64,000 nucleotides of DNA from the NCBI GenBank assembly GCA_002705055.1, contig PAHY01000042.1, forward strand, positions 111,350 through 175,349, given 5' to 3'. Shown here piece by piece: positions 50,762-60,663 of this stretch. Numbering within the stretch: position 1 is the stretch's first letter; each line of letters starts with the position of its first letter. The position numbers and the translations under genes were made by a program. Below the pieces are notes generated by a model. The model had not been told where the DNA came from, did no database searches, and saw only the letters and a program-made list of their open reading frames with translations. The DNA is from Planctomycetota bacterium (GTDB lineage: Bacteria; Planctomycetota; UBA1135).

Positions 50762-51834
50762 GCAGCGCGGCGCACCCGCTGTTCCTGCTCGGAGCACGCG
50801 GCCTGCTGGCCGGCGAGTTTCTGCGCCTGCTGGATGGTCACCCCTGCCTGCGTTTGGCTGGCGCCTACGCGCGCTCGGCCGAGGGCGCTCTCGGCCAATC
50901 GCATCCGCACCTGGCGGGAGCTCTAGCCGCGACCCCGCTCGAGGAAGCGAGCGCGCTCGCGGATGCGCTGAAGACGACCGCGCAGGCCGGCGGCCCGGCC
51001 CCGGTCCTGCTGCTCGCGCTGCCGCACGGAGCGTCGGCGCCCTGGTGGGCGGAACACCGCGCCGCCCTGCAGGCCGCCTGCCCGGCGCTGGTCGTCGTCG
51101 ATCTGTCCGCCGACTTCCGACTCGAATCGGCCGAGGCCTACCAGGCCAGCTACGCGCTGCAGCACCCCTGCCCGGATGAGTTTGGCCAGTGGATCTACGG
51201 TCTACCTGAACTGCACCCGGTCCCGGAGGGCAGCAAACGGATCGCGGTCCCCGGCTGCTTCGCCACGGCGATGCAGCTCGCGGTCGTGCCGATGGCCCGC
51301 GCGGCGCAGATCGAAGCGACCGAGCCCATCATCGTGCACGGCGTCACCGGCTCGAGTGGCAGCGGTGCCCAGGCCAAGGCCGGGACGCACCACCCGCACC
51401 GGGCGATGAACTTCCATGCCTACGGCCTGCAGGGGCATCGCCACGAAGCTGAGCTGCTGAGCCCGCGCAATGCCCTTCCGCAGGGCTGCGCGCTCGACTT
51501 CACCCCCCACTCCGCGCCGCTCAGTCGCGGCATCCACCTGCACGCGGTCATGCAGGCCAGCGCGCAGGCCGACGAGCAGCCGCAGGCCGTGCTCGAGACC
51601 TTCTGCGCCGATAAGCCCTTCCTCGAAGCGGTTCGCCAGGCCCCGCAGCTGCGCCACATCGCCGGCAGCCAACGCGTGCAGCTGCACGCCTACCGGCGCG
51701 GCAGGCTGCTGCACGTCCTGGTGGCTCTGGACAACACCATCAAAGGCGGCGCCGGCCAGGCGCTGCAGGCTCTCAACCTCGCTCTCGGACTCCCCGAAAC
51801 GACTGCGCTTCCAAGCCACGGGCTTGGCTACTGA
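50758..51834 (+). CDS. argC: N-acyl-gamma-glutamyl-phosphate reductase
   Basis: LALPHG, DLSADFRL, YGLPEL, PGCFAT, GSSGSG, HRHEAE, DNTIKGGAGQA. Confidence 0.93.
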   Translation: MSSAAHPLFLLGARGLLAGEFLRLLDGHPCLRLAGAYARSAEGALGQSHPHLAGALAATPLEEASALADALKTTAQAGGPAPVLLLALPHGASAPWWAEHRAALQAACPALVVVDLSADFRLESAEAYQASYALQHPCPDEFGQWIYGLPELHPVPEGSKRIAVPGCFATAMQLAVVPMARAAQIEATEPIIVHGVTGSSGSGAQAKAGTHHPHRAMNFHAYGLQGHRHEAELLSPRNALPQGCALDFTPHSAPLSRGIHLHAVMQASAQADEQPQAVLETFCADKPFLEAVRQAPQLRHIAGSQRVQLHAYRRGRLLHVLVALDNTIKGGAGQALQALNLALGLPETTALPSHGLGY

Positions 51835-51836
51835 TC

Positions 51837-52976
51837 ATGCCGACTCTTCAGGAATATCCCGCGTACGCCCGGCTGCAGGGCAGCCTGCTCGGTGCCAGCG
51901 AAAGCCTGCTGTCCTGGAGCGACGGCCGCGAGCTGCTGGATCTCTACGGCGGCCACTGCGTCAACGCGCTCGGCGCCGGCGACCTCGGATTGGGCCGCGC
52001 GCTGGAGCGCCAATGGCAGCAGCTCAGCTTCGCGACCAATCTGGTGGATCATCCCGGCCGCGCCCCCTTCTACGAGGCCTGGCAGAAGCTGATGCCGGAG
52101 GGCGACTGGCAGGTCTTCGCCAGCAACAGCGGCGCCGAAGCCAATGAGAACCTGCTCAAGATGGCGCTGGCGGCCACCGGCCGCAGCCGAGTCGTCTGCT
52201 TCGAGGGCGGCTTCCACGGCCGCACCGCGGCGGCCGCCGCCGTCAGCGATGGAGCGAACGGCTTCCCGCTGACCCCTTTCGATGTGCTTCGTCTGCCGTG
52301 GGGCACGACGGCGGGCATCGACTCCAGCGTCGGCGCGGTGATCCTCGAGCCGATCCAGTCACTCGGCGGCGTGGTCGAGCCCCCGGCCGGCTTCCTCGAG
52401 GAGCTGCGCGCGCTTTGCGATGCCACAGGCGCCTGGCTGATTTTCGACGAGGTGCAGACCGGCCCGGGTCGCCTCGGAACGCCTTGGGCCTCGCAGCACT
52501 ACGGCGTGATTCCGGATGCCTTCAGCTCGGCCAAGGGATGCGCAGGCGGCTTCCCGCTTGGCCTCAGCTTCGCCCAGAGCGAGCGGGCCGCGAGCGTGCC
52601 CGCCGGCTTGTGCGGCTCGACCTTCGGCGGCGCGCCGCTCGCCTTAGCGGCGGCGACCCATGTCGCACAGCGCGTGGCGCAGCCGGAGTTCCTCGATCAC
52701 GTCAGCAAGCTCGGCCGCGCCTTCCACGGCCTCGTCGGCACCGGGCCGGTGGTCGGAGTCCGCGGCGTGGGCCTCTTGATTGGGCTCGAGCTCGCTCCGG
52801 GCCTCAGCGCCAAGGAAGCGCGCGACGCGCTGCTCGAACAGGGCATCCTGACCGCGACCTGCTGGAACCCGCAGGTGCTGCGCATCAGTCCGCCGCTGAC
52901 GCTTGCCGGCTCGGCAGTGGGTCAGCTTGCTCAGGCGCTCTGTCATCTGCCCTACCCCAGCCCGGCAGGTTCCTGA
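51837..52976 (+). CDS. argD: N-acylornithine aminotransferase (class III PLP)
   Basis: DLYGGHCV, NSGAEANE, FHGRT, EPIQSLGG, DEVQTG, AKGCAGGFP, GSTFGG. Confidence 0.92.
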   Translation: MPTLQEYPAYARLQGSLLGASESLLSWSDGRELLDLYGGHCVNALGAGDLGLGRALERQWQQLSFATNLVDHPGRAPFYEAWQKLMPEGDWQVFASNSGAEANENLLKMALAATGRSRVVCFEGGFHGRTAAAAAVSDGANGFPLTPFDVLRLPWGTTAGIDSSVGAVILEPIQSLGGVVEPPAGFLEELRALCDATGAWLIFDEVQTGPGRLGTPWASQHYGVIPDAFSSAKGCAGGFPLGLSFAQSERAASVPAGLCGSTFGGAPLALAAATHVAQRVAQPEFLDHVSKLGRAFHGLVGTGPVVGVRGVGLLIGLELAPGLSAKEARDALLEQGILTATCWNPQVLRISPPLTLAGSAVGQLAQALCHLPYPSPAGS

Positions 52977-53980
52977 TGAGCACGACCACTCCTCTCGCCC
53001 CCGGGCTGGACCATCTCGGCAACTTGCCTGCCGCGGAGATTCAGCGGCTTGCCGATCGCGCCAACGCCCTGCGCACGGGCGCGGCCCCGCAGCGCTTCGC
53101 CGGCAAGGCGCTCGGTCTGTTCTTCCTCAATCCCTCGCTGCGCACCTCCGCGTCCTTCCAGCGCGCCGCGGCGCGCCTGGGCCTCGAGTTGGTCCAGCTC
53201 CGCGGAGATGGCGTCTGGGGGCTCGAGCATCAGGACGGCGTCGTCATGGATGGCACCACCGCCGAGCACCTGCGCGAGGCGGCCCCGGTCCTGGGGCGCT
53301 ACGTGGATCTGCTGGCGGTGCGCGCCTTTCACGGAGCCGGCAGCTTCGAGGAGTGCCGTCAGGATCCGATCATGCAGGGCTTCCGCCGCTGGGCGGGGGT
53401 TCCGGTCATCAACATGGAATCCGCGCGCTGGCACCCCTGCCAAGCGCTGGCCGACTGGGCGACGCTGGATCAGCACGCGATCCCGAAGCGGGCCAAGTTC
53501 GTGCTGAGCTGGGCCTGGCACCCGAAGCCGCTGCCCCACGCGGTGCCCAACTCGACCCTTTGCATGGCGGCACAGCGCGGGATGGACGTCGTCCTGCTTT
53601 GCCCGCCTGGGCTGGAGCTGCACGACGAGGTGCTGGCCGAGGCCGAACAGCTGGCGACCACGCACGGCGGCAGCCTGACGGTCACGCATGATCGCGAGGA
53701 AGCCTTGCACGGCGCCGCCGCCGTCTACGCTAAGTCCTGGGGCAGCCAGCAGCACTGGGGTGACCTGGAGAGCGAGACGGCGTTCCGCGCCGCACTGCGC
53801 GACTGGTGCGTCACGCCCGCGTGGCTCGGCGATTCCGCGCGCTTCATGCACTGCCTGCCCATCCGCCGCAACGTGGTGGCGAGCGACGCCGTTCTGGACG
53901 GCCCGCAGTCGATTGTCCTGGATCAGGCGGAGCACCGCCTGCACGCTCAGACCGCCCTCTTGGAGAGCCTCCTGTCATGA
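52976..53980 (+). CDS. argF: N-acylornithine carbamoyltransferase (ArgF', AOTCase/SOTCase family)
   Basis: FLNPSLRT, VMDGTTAEH, HPCQALAD, WAWHPKPLPHAVPNS, HCLPIRRN are ArgF' motifs rather than canonical OTCase motifs. Confidence 0.93.
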   Translation: MSTTTPLAPGLDHLGNLPAAEIQRLADRANALRTGAAPQRFAGKALGLFFLNPSLRTSASFQRAAARLGLELVQLRGDGVWGLEHQDGVVMDGTTAEHLREAAPVLGRYVDLLAVRAFHGAGSFEECRQDPIMQGFRRWAGVPVINMESARWHPCQALADWATLDQHAIPKRAKFVLSWAWHPKPLPHAVPNSTLCMAAQRGMDVVLLCPPGLELHDEVLAEAEQLATTHGGSLTVTHDREEALHGAAAVYAKSWGSQQHWGDLESETAFRAALRDWCVTPAWLGDSARFMHCLPIRRNVVASDAVLDGPQSIVLDQAEHRLHAQTALLESLLS

Positions 53981-54861
53981 AAGAACTCGTTCGCGCAGCC
54001 GCCCACGTGCGGTATCACCAGGGTGCCGTGATGGTGCTGAAAATCGGCGGGGCCTGCCTGCGCAAGCCGCGCTTCCAGCGCGCGCTCGCCGAGCAGATCG
54101 CCACCGTGCAGGCGCTCGGCGGCCGACCGGTCATCGTCCATGGCGGCGGCCCGCAGATTGACGTGGTGCAACGCAGCCTCGGCGAAGAACCGCGGATGGT
54201 CGACGGCCGCCGCGTGACCTCGCCGGTCGCGCTGCGCGCGCTGCGCATGGCCACCGCCGGCGAGCTGAACGGCGAGCTCGCCGCCGCGATCACCACCGCC
54301 GGCGCCAAGGCCGTGGGCGTCTGCGCCGCCGACGCCGGGATCGTGACCGCGCGCAAGCGGCCGCCGCGCGAGACCAGCGAGGGCGAGGTCGACTTCGGCG
54401 CGGTCGGCGACGTCGCCAGCGTTGATCCGGCGCCGCTGCTGGGCCTGATCGAGCAGGGCGTGACCCCGGTGGTCTGCCCGCCGGTCGGCGACGGCGCCGG
54501 CGGCTTCCTCAACCTCAACGCCGATACGCTGGCCGCCGCGCTGGCCTGTGCACTCGACGCCGCCAAGCTGGTGCTGCTGACGGGCGAAGCGGGGATCCTG
54601 GCCGACCCGGCTGATCCCGAGTCGGTGCTGTCGGTGCTGGGCCTCGCCACGCTCGACGCGCTCGAGCAGGAAGGCGCGCTGCAGAAGGGCATGAAGGTCA
54701 AGGCGGCTGCGGTGCGCGCGGCGCTGACCGGCGGCGTGCCCAAGGTGCACATCGTTTCGGGCGTGGACCCGGAAGCGCTGCTCGTCGAGCTCTACACCAA
54801 CCACGGCTCGGGCACGCTGGTCACTGCCGACGAGCCGGCCCAGGCCCCGGCCCACGCATGA
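53977..54861 (+). CDS. argB: N-acylglutamate kinase
   Basis: VLKIGG, IVHGGGPQI, GRRVT, LNLNADT, GMKVK. No fused acetyltransferase domain. Confidence 0.94.
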   Translation: MKELVRAAAHVRYHQGAVMVLKIGGACLRKPRFQRALAEQIATVQALGGRPVIVHGGGPQIDVVQRSLGEEPRMVDGRRVTSPVALRALRMATAGELNGELAAAITTAGAKAVGVCAADAGIVTARKRPPRETSEGEVDFGAVGDVASVDPAPLLGLIEQGVTPVVCPPVGDGAGGFLNLNADTLAAALACALDAAKLVLLTGEAGILADPADPESVLSVLGLATLDALEQEGALQKGMKVKAAAVRAALTGGVPKVHIVSGVDPEALLVELYTNHGSGTLVTADEPAQAPAHA

Positions 54862-55967
54862 GCCTGCCCCACCTCGACGAGGCCGCGCAGCTGCTCGCCG
54901 AGCTGGTGCGGATCCCGAGCATCTCGGGCGACGAAGCCGCGGCCGCCGACCACGCCCAGGCCTGGCTGAGCGCGCGCGGCGTGGACAGCGAGCGCCTGGG
55001 GCACACCGTCGTCGCGCGTGTCGAGGGCAGTCAGCCCGGCCCGACCCTGCTGCTCAACTCGCACCTCGACACCGTGCCGGCCGGCAATCAGTGGACCGTC
55101 GACCCGCACGCGGGCGTCTGGCAGGACGGTCGGCTGACCGGCCTCGGCGCCAACGACGCCGGCGGCTGCGTGGTCGCGATGATGACGGCGACCGCGCGGC
55201 TCGCAGCCCAGCCGGATTTCGCTGGCACGCTGCTGCTGTCGCTGCACGCCGAGGAGGAAACCAACAACCGGGGTATGGGCGACTTCCTGGCTGCCTATGG
55301 CGCGCCGGACGCGGCGATCACCGGCGAACCCACCGGCCTGGACGTCGTGCGCAGCCAAGCCGGCCTGGCCGTCTTCACGCTGCAGTGGCACGGCAAGAGC
55401 TGCCACGCCGCGCACGTCGCGCGGGTCGAGCACGACAACGCGCTGCTGCGCGCCGCGCGCGAGCTGGCGACGCTGCCGGACTGGCTCCACCCCGGCGAGG
55501 AACATCCGCTGCTTGGGAAGTCGACCCTCGCCGTCACCGCACTGCACGCCGGCGGCCCGCACAACAAGGTGCCGGACCTCGCGGAAGCGCTCGTGGATGG
55601 CCGGCTGGTCCCGCCGACCACAGCGGCTGATTGCCTGGCGCAGCTGCAGGAGAAGCTGCCGAGCGCCGAGGTCGCGATCCGTTCGGAACGACTGGGCCCG
55701 ATCGACACGCCGGAAGTCGATCAGCTGGTGCAGGTCGCGCTGGAAGCGGCCGGACGCTCGGAAGCGGTGGGCTCGACCACGCTTTCCGACATGGCGCTGC
55801 TCCCGCCCGGCGTGCCGGCGGTCAAGGTCGGCCCTGGGCAGACCGCGCGTTCGCACACTCCAGACGAGTACCTGCTCCTCGACGAGCTGGCCGCCGGCAT
55901 CGCCTTCTACGAGGCCGTCGTCCCCGCCTGGTTCCAGGCCCTCCACCCGCAATCGATCTCGAGCTGA
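54858..55967 (+). CDS. argE: M20 deacylase (ArgE-like; N-acylcitrulline deacylase in this context)
   Basis: LLLNSHLDTV, GLGANDAGG, AEEE, GEPT, GKSCHAAH, SHTPDEY. Confidence 0.88.
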   Translation: MSLPHLDEAAQLLAELVRIPSISGDEAAAADHAQAWLSARGVDSERLGHTVVARVEGSQPGPTLLLNSHLDTVPAGNQWTVDPHAGVWQDGRLTGLGANDAGGCVVAMMTATARLAAQPDFAGTLLLSLHAEEETNNRGMGDFLAAYGAPDAAITGEPTGLDVVRSQAGLAVFTLQWHGKSCHAAHVARVEHDNALLRAARELATLPDWLHPGEEHPLLGKSTLAVTALHAGGPHNKVPDLAEALVDGRLVPPTTAADCLAQLQEKLPSAEVAIRSERLGPIDTPEVDQLVQVALEAAGRSEAVGSTTLSDMALLPPGVPAVKVGPGQTARSHTPDEYLLLDELAAGIAFYEAVVPAWFQALHPQSISS

Positions 55968-57166
55968 TGACCGAACACCACCGCCCCATCTGGGATCGCG
56001 GCGAAGCGATCGACCCCGAGATGCTGTCCTACACCATCGGCGACGATTGGCTGCAGGATCAGCGCCTGGTCGAGCACGATATCGCCGGTTCTCTGGCTCA
56101 CGTGGCCGGGCTGGTGCACGCCGGTCTGCTTGAGGACGAGGCCGGGCAACGCATCTCGAAGGGGCTGCGCGAGCTGCTGGACGAGTATCGGGCCGGGTCC
56201 TGGCAGCTCACCCCGGCCGACGAGGACGTGCACTCGGCGGTGGAGCGGTTGCTGACCGCCAAGATCGGCGAGGACGGCGGCCGCATGCACCTCGGCCGTT
56301 CGCGCAACGATCAGGTCACCGTCGACGTCCGGCTGTGGCTGCGCGCGGCGAGCGCCGACGCCATCGCGGCCACCGAGCAGCTCATCGCTTCGCTGCAGGA
56401 GCTGGAGTCAGCGCACGGCAGCCTGCCGCTGCCGGGCTACACCCACCTGCGCCGCGCCATGCCGTCCTCAATCGGCGATTGGCTGGGCGCGCACCGGGCC
56501 TCCTTCGCGGCCGACCTGGACGCGCTGCGGGACGCGCAGAAACGCGGCCGCTTCTGCCCGCTGGGTAGCGGCTCCGGCTACGGCATCCCGCTTCCGCTAG
56601 ACCGCGGCTTCGTCGCCGAGCAGCTCGGCTTTGACGGCCCGGAGGAGCCCGTCACCGCGGTGCAGCATGGCCGCGGCCGCCCCGAGCTGGCCTACCTGAG
56701 CGCGCTCGAAGGCCTGGCGATCTCGCTGGGCAAGCTGGCCGCCGACCTGTGGCTTTATTCCAGCGCCGAGTTCGGCTTCGTCGTGCTGCCGACCGAGTTC
56801 ACGACCGGCAGCAGTCTGATGCCGCAGAAGCGCAACCCGGACCTAATCGAACTCCTGCGCGCGCAGTGCCGCCAGGTCCTGGCCGACCGCGCCGCTCTGC
56901 TGGCCGTGATCCAAGATCTGCCCAGCGGCTACCACCGCGACTTCCAGCTGATCAAGCCGCCGCTCTTCCGCGGCCACGACCGCGCGCTGGCCTCGGTGCG
57001 GATCACCGCGCGCCTCGTGCCAGCACTACAGTTCGATACCGAGACCCTGCAGCAGGCCGCCGCCGACCCGCAGCTCGCCGCCACCGCCAAGGCTCTGCAA
57101 GCCGCCGCCGAAGGCGGCCAAAGCTTCCGCTCTGCCTATCGCGAAGAGGCTGGCTCCGAAAACTAG
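55967..57166 (+). CDS. argH: Argininosuccinate lyase (short form)
   Basis: EDVHSAVE, HLGRSRNDQV, PGYTHL, GSSLMPQKRNPD, SGYHRD. Confidence 0.95.
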   Translation: MTEHHRPIWDRGEAIDPEMLSYTIGDDWLQDQRLVEHDIAGSLAHVAGLVHAGLLEDEAGQRISKGLRELLDEYRAGSWQLTPADEDVHSAVERLLTAKIGEDGGRMHLGRSRNDQVTVDVRLWLRAASADAIAATEQLIASLQELESAHGSLPLPGYTHLRRAMPSSIGDWLGAHRASFAADLDALRDAQKRGRFCPLGSGSGYGIPLPLDRGFVAEQLGFDGPEEPVTAVQHGRGRPELAYLSALEGLAISLGKLAADLWLYSSAEFGFVVLPTEFTTGSSLMPQKRNPDLIELLRAQCRQVLADRAALLAVIQDLPSGYHRDFQLIKPPLFRGHDRALASVRITARLVPALQFDTETLQQAAADPQLAATAKALQAAAEGGQSFRSAYREEAGSEN

Positions 57167-57175
57167 GGCAGCGCT

Positions 57176-58189
57176 CTAGCGAGCACGCTGAGAGCGCTGG
57201 AAAGCAAAGACTCCATCGCGAATTGCATGGAGCTGAGCAACTGCAGCGGAGCGCGCCCATGCAATGCGCTTCGTACTAGGCTTGCCTTCGTAGGGTCGAA
57301 ACGAGCTTGCGAGTTCTTCCCAACTCGACTCGACCGCCATGCGATTTCGAGGACTCAACTCCAATCGATCGATGGAGTACCGGAATCTCCGAAGCTCTCC
57401 TAACTCATCGCGCCCGAGCCCTTCTGGCAGAGCCTCCACCTGCACAATCAACCAGTCCAGCGCGGCCAGGGGGTCAACAAGAGCCCAGAGGCCCCAAAGC
57501 TCGCCACAGCGACGCCCCCCCAGCACACTTGCATGAGCGGGCCCAAAGAGATCGACAAGGACCTGGGGATGCAACCCACGAAGGGAGTCCCGAAAGAACT
57601 GCCATTCCTCCGGCAATCGACAATCGTCAGCTTCCGGCAAGAATACATGGACAGCCTCCTGTCGAAGCTCGGGCACATGAAGGAGACCGACCAGCCAGTA
57701 GAACTCGCGTAAAAGCACCTCATCCCGTTGTCGCGGCCCCGAGCCTTCGCGGAGGGCGCCCCAGTCCTGAATTGCTTTGCGGTAGAGCGGCAAATGCTCG
57801 ACCGACTTGGTTCCGTAGTGGAGACCAATCGTGGTCCAGCGGCCTCGGCGCTTCTCCAGAAATACCAGGCGCGACTCTCCCGGCTGATAGTCGGGGGGTT
57901 GCGGGCAGATGATGTTGAAGCTCGCAAGCACCGAGATGCGATCCCCTTCCGGATCACCGCGCAGGACTTCGAGAACACGCAGGTCCACCTGCGCGTCGCT
58001 AGGCCCCCATGGCCCGCCCCGTTCCTTCTTTCCATTGATGGACTCCACATCCACCACAGCGACCAAATCAGCGGTGTGCAACAACTCAAGCAGTGGAACC
58101 GGCGCAATCGGATAGACCAAAACTTCCTCTCCGTTGGCGTGAAGAGAAGCGCAATGCGCCAGAACGAAAACCGAGAGCAGACTTGCCAT
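57176..58189 (-). CDS. Hypothetical exported protein with atypical, lower-GC composition
   Basis: 337-codon ORF with AAGGAG close to the ATG and a signal-like N-terminus. Visibly more AT-rich than its flanks. Confidence 0.65.
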   Translation of the reverse strand: MASLLSVFVLAHCASLHANGEEVLVYPIAPVPLLELLHTADLVAVVDVESINGKKERGGPWGPSDAQVDLRVLEVLRGDPEGDRISVLASFNIICPQPPDYQPGESRLVFLEKRRGRWTTIGLHYGTKSVEHLPLYRKAIQDWGALREGSGPRQRDEVLLREFYWLVGLLHVPELRQEAVHVFLPEADDCRLPEEWQFFRDSLRGLHPQVLVDLFGPAHASVLGGRRCGELWGLWALVDPLAALDWLIVQVEALPEGLGRDELGELRRFRYSIDRLELSPRNRMAVESSWEELASSFRPYEGKPSTKRIAWARSAAVAQLHAIRDGVFAFQRSQRAR

Positions 58190-58313
58190 CTCCTTGGTCT
58201 AACGCCGAGCGTTAGGCCTGCATTTCACTTTTTGCGCCGTGAATTCTCTGTAGCACAGCCTGCGTAGGGAGAGAGGCTGCCGCTGCGACGCCGCTCCCGG
58301 CCGACTCGGAAGG

Positions 58314-59522
58314 CTAGGAAATCACGCCGTGCTTCTTGCCGACCTTGACGAAGGCGGCGACGGCGCGTTCGAGGTGTTCCTGCTCGTGGCCGGCGGAGAT
58401 TTGGACGCGGATGCGGGCCTGGCCGCGCGGCACGACCGGGAAGCTGAAGCCGATCACGTAGATGCCTTCGTCGAGCATGTCGCGGGCCACGTCGGCGGCC
58501 AGCTTGGCGTCGCCGAGCATGATCGGCACGATGGCGTGCACGCCCTCCTTGATGGCGAAGCCGGCCTCGGTCATGGCCTGGCGGAACCACATCGTGTTGC
58601 GCTCCAGCTTGTCGCGCAGCTCGGTCGTGGCCGAAAGGCGATCGAAGACCGCGATGCTGGCGGCCACGATCGGCGGCGCGACCGAGTTCGAGAACAGATA
58701 GGGCCGCGAGCGGTTGCGCAGGGTGTCGACGATCACCTTGGAGGCGCTGGTGTAGCCGCCGGAAGCGCCGCCCAGCGCCTTGCCGAGCGTCGAGGTGATG
58801 ATGTGCACCCGCCCCATCACGCCGCAGTGCTCGTGGGTGCCGCGACCGGTCGCGCCCATGAAGCCGCTCGAGTGACTGTCGTCGACGTGGACGATCGCGC
58901 CGTACTTCTCGGCCAGATCGCAGATCTCGCCCAGCTTGGCGACGTAGCCGTCCATCGAGAACACCCCGTCGGTGGTAATCATGATCCGGCGCGCGTTGCC
59001 CTCGACCGCTTCCTTCAGGCAGTTCTCCAGCTCGGCCATGTCCGAGTTGGCGTAACGGAAGCGCTTGGCCTTGCACAGCCGCACGCCGTCGATGATCGAG
59101 GCGTGGTTGAGCGCATCGGAGATGATCGCGTCTTCCGGGCCGAGCAGGGTCTCGAACAGACCGGCGTTGGCGTCGAAGCAGCTGGTGTAGAGGATCGTGT
59201 CCTCAAAGCCGAGGAACTCCGAGATCTTGGCCTCGAGCTGCTTGTGGATGTCCTGCGTGCCGCAGATGAAGCGCACCGAGGACATGCCGAAGCCATGGGT
59301 ATCCAGGCTCTTGCGCGCGGCTTCGATCAGCGCCGGGTCGTCGGACAGGCCCAGGTAGTTATTGGCGCAGAAGTTGAGCACCTCCTGGCCGGTGGACACC
59401 TTGATCAGAGCGTCCTGCGGCGTGACGATCACGCGCTCTTCCTTGTAGAGGCCCGCTTCGCGGATCTCGTCGAGTTCGGCGGCAAGTTGCGCTTCGAAGG
59501 GCGTCTGCACGGCTTCGGTCAT
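58314..59522 (-). CDS. kbl: Glycine C-acetyltransferase (2-amino-3-ketobutyrate CoA ligase)
   Basis: [49 protein letters not shown]. Confidence 0.96.
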   Translation of the reverse strand: MTEAVQTPFEAQLAAELDEIREAGLYKEERVIVTPQDALIKVSTGQEVLNFCANNYLGLSDDPALIEAARKSLDTHGFGMSSVRFICGTQDIHKQLEAKISEFLGFEDTILYTSCFDANAGLFETLLGPEDAIISDALNHASIIDGVRLCKAKRFRYANSDMAELENCLKEAVEGNARRIMITTDGVFSMDGYVAKLGEICDLAEKYGAIVHVDDSHSSGFMGATGRGTHEHCGVMGRVHIITSTLGKALGGASGGYTSASKVIVDTLRNRSRPYLFSNSVAPPIVAASIAVFDRLSATTELRDKLERNTMWFRQAMTEAGFAIKEGVHAIVPIMLGDAKLAADVARDMLDEGIYVIGFSFPVVPRGQARIRVQISAGHEQEHLERAVAAFVKVGKKHGVIS

Positions 59523-59553
59523 GCGACCGATTCTAGCAGCGCCCCGGCCCGGC

Positions 59554-60627
59554 CTAGCCGGCGGACGGATCCAGGACCACCTTGTGCGCCTCGCCCTTGT
59601 CGAGCAGCGCGATGCCCTCCTCGAAGGAGGACAGCGGCAGCTGGTGGGTGACGATGTGGTCGAGGTCGAGGCCCAGCTTGAGCATCGACAGCATCTCGTC
59701 CCAGGTGTCGAACATGCGCCGACCGACCACCCCCTTGAGGGTGAGTCCTTTGAAGATGACCCGCTCGCTGAAGCGATCGATCAGCAGATCGCGGCCGGCA
59801 GGAATGCCCAGCATGACCATCTCGCCGCCCGGGTAGAGCACCTCGAGGCCATCGTTGATCGCCGGCACCGCGCCGCTCATTTCGAGCACCACGTCGACGC
59901 CGCCGCCGCTGAACTCGCGGACCTTGCCGGCGAAGTCCGGCTCGCTGAGCGGATTGACGATGTGAATCGGCACGCGGTCGCCCATGCGGGCCGCCCACTC
60001 GTGGGCGCGCTCGAGGTGCCCGGGCGAGACCTCGGAGATTGTCAGCGACGCGGCACCCTTGAACTGCACCACCGCCGCGGCCATCGCGCCGATGGCGCCG
60101 TAACCGGACAGCAGCACGTGGCGCCCTTCGACCGTGTTGGCTGCCTGCACGGTGTGCACCGCATTGCCCAGCGCGTCAAGCAGAGCGCCGATGTGCGGCG
60201 GCACCGTTTCCGGGTCGAGCCGCACCAGGTTGGAAGCCGGTACCACGACCGACTCGGCGAAGCAGCCGTTCTGCTGCAGGCCGGCGATCTTGGTGTGCTC
60301 GCAGACGTGGAAATCGCCGCGCAGGCAGGCGCGACAGTGGCCGCAGACGATGTGCATCTCGGCGGAGACGTAGTCGCCTTCCGACCAGGTCTCGACACCA
60401 TCACCCACGGCGTCGATGTAACCGCAGAACTCGTGGCCGATCGTGACCGGCGGCCGCACCAGATGCGAGATCGACTCGTCCCAGTGGTAGATGTGGCGGT
60501 CGGTGCCACAGATCGCCGTGCGCGCCACGCGCACACGGACCTCGCCCGGCCCCGGTGTGGGAACCTCGACATCATCGCCGTAGGAGACCCCGCGGGCCTC
60601 CGGGCGCACCATCTGGATTGCACGCAT
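59554..60627 (-). CDS. tdh: L-threonine 3-dehydrogenase
   Basis: [25 protein letters not shown]...[14 protein letters not shown]. Adjacent to kbl. Confidence 0.93.
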   Translation of the reverse strand: MRAIQMVRPEARGVSYGDDVEVPTPGPGEVRVRVARTAICGTDRHIYHWDESISHLVRPPVTIGHEFCGYIDAVGDGVETWSEGDYVSAEMHIVCGHCRACLRGDFHVCEHTKIAGLQQNGCFAESVVVPASNLVRLDPETVPPHIGALLDALGNAVHTVQAANTVEGRHVLLSGYGAIGAMAAAVVQFKGAASLTISEVSPGHLERAHEWAARMGDRVPIHIVNPLSEPDFAGKVREFSGGGVDVVLEMSGAVPAINDGLEVLYPGGEMVMLGIPAGRDLLIDRFSERVIFKGLTLKGVVGRRMFDTWDEMLSMLKLGLDLDHIVTHQLPLSSFEEGIALLDKGEAHKVVLDPSAG

Positions 60628-60663
60628 GCGCTTTCGATTCTACCGCCGGCGGCGGCTTAGCTT

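Noticed and set aside
57160-58320. Complete integron or attC cassette
   Set aside because: There is no RYYYAAC after the ORF stop, no full attC fold and no intI; it is kept only as a possible remnant.
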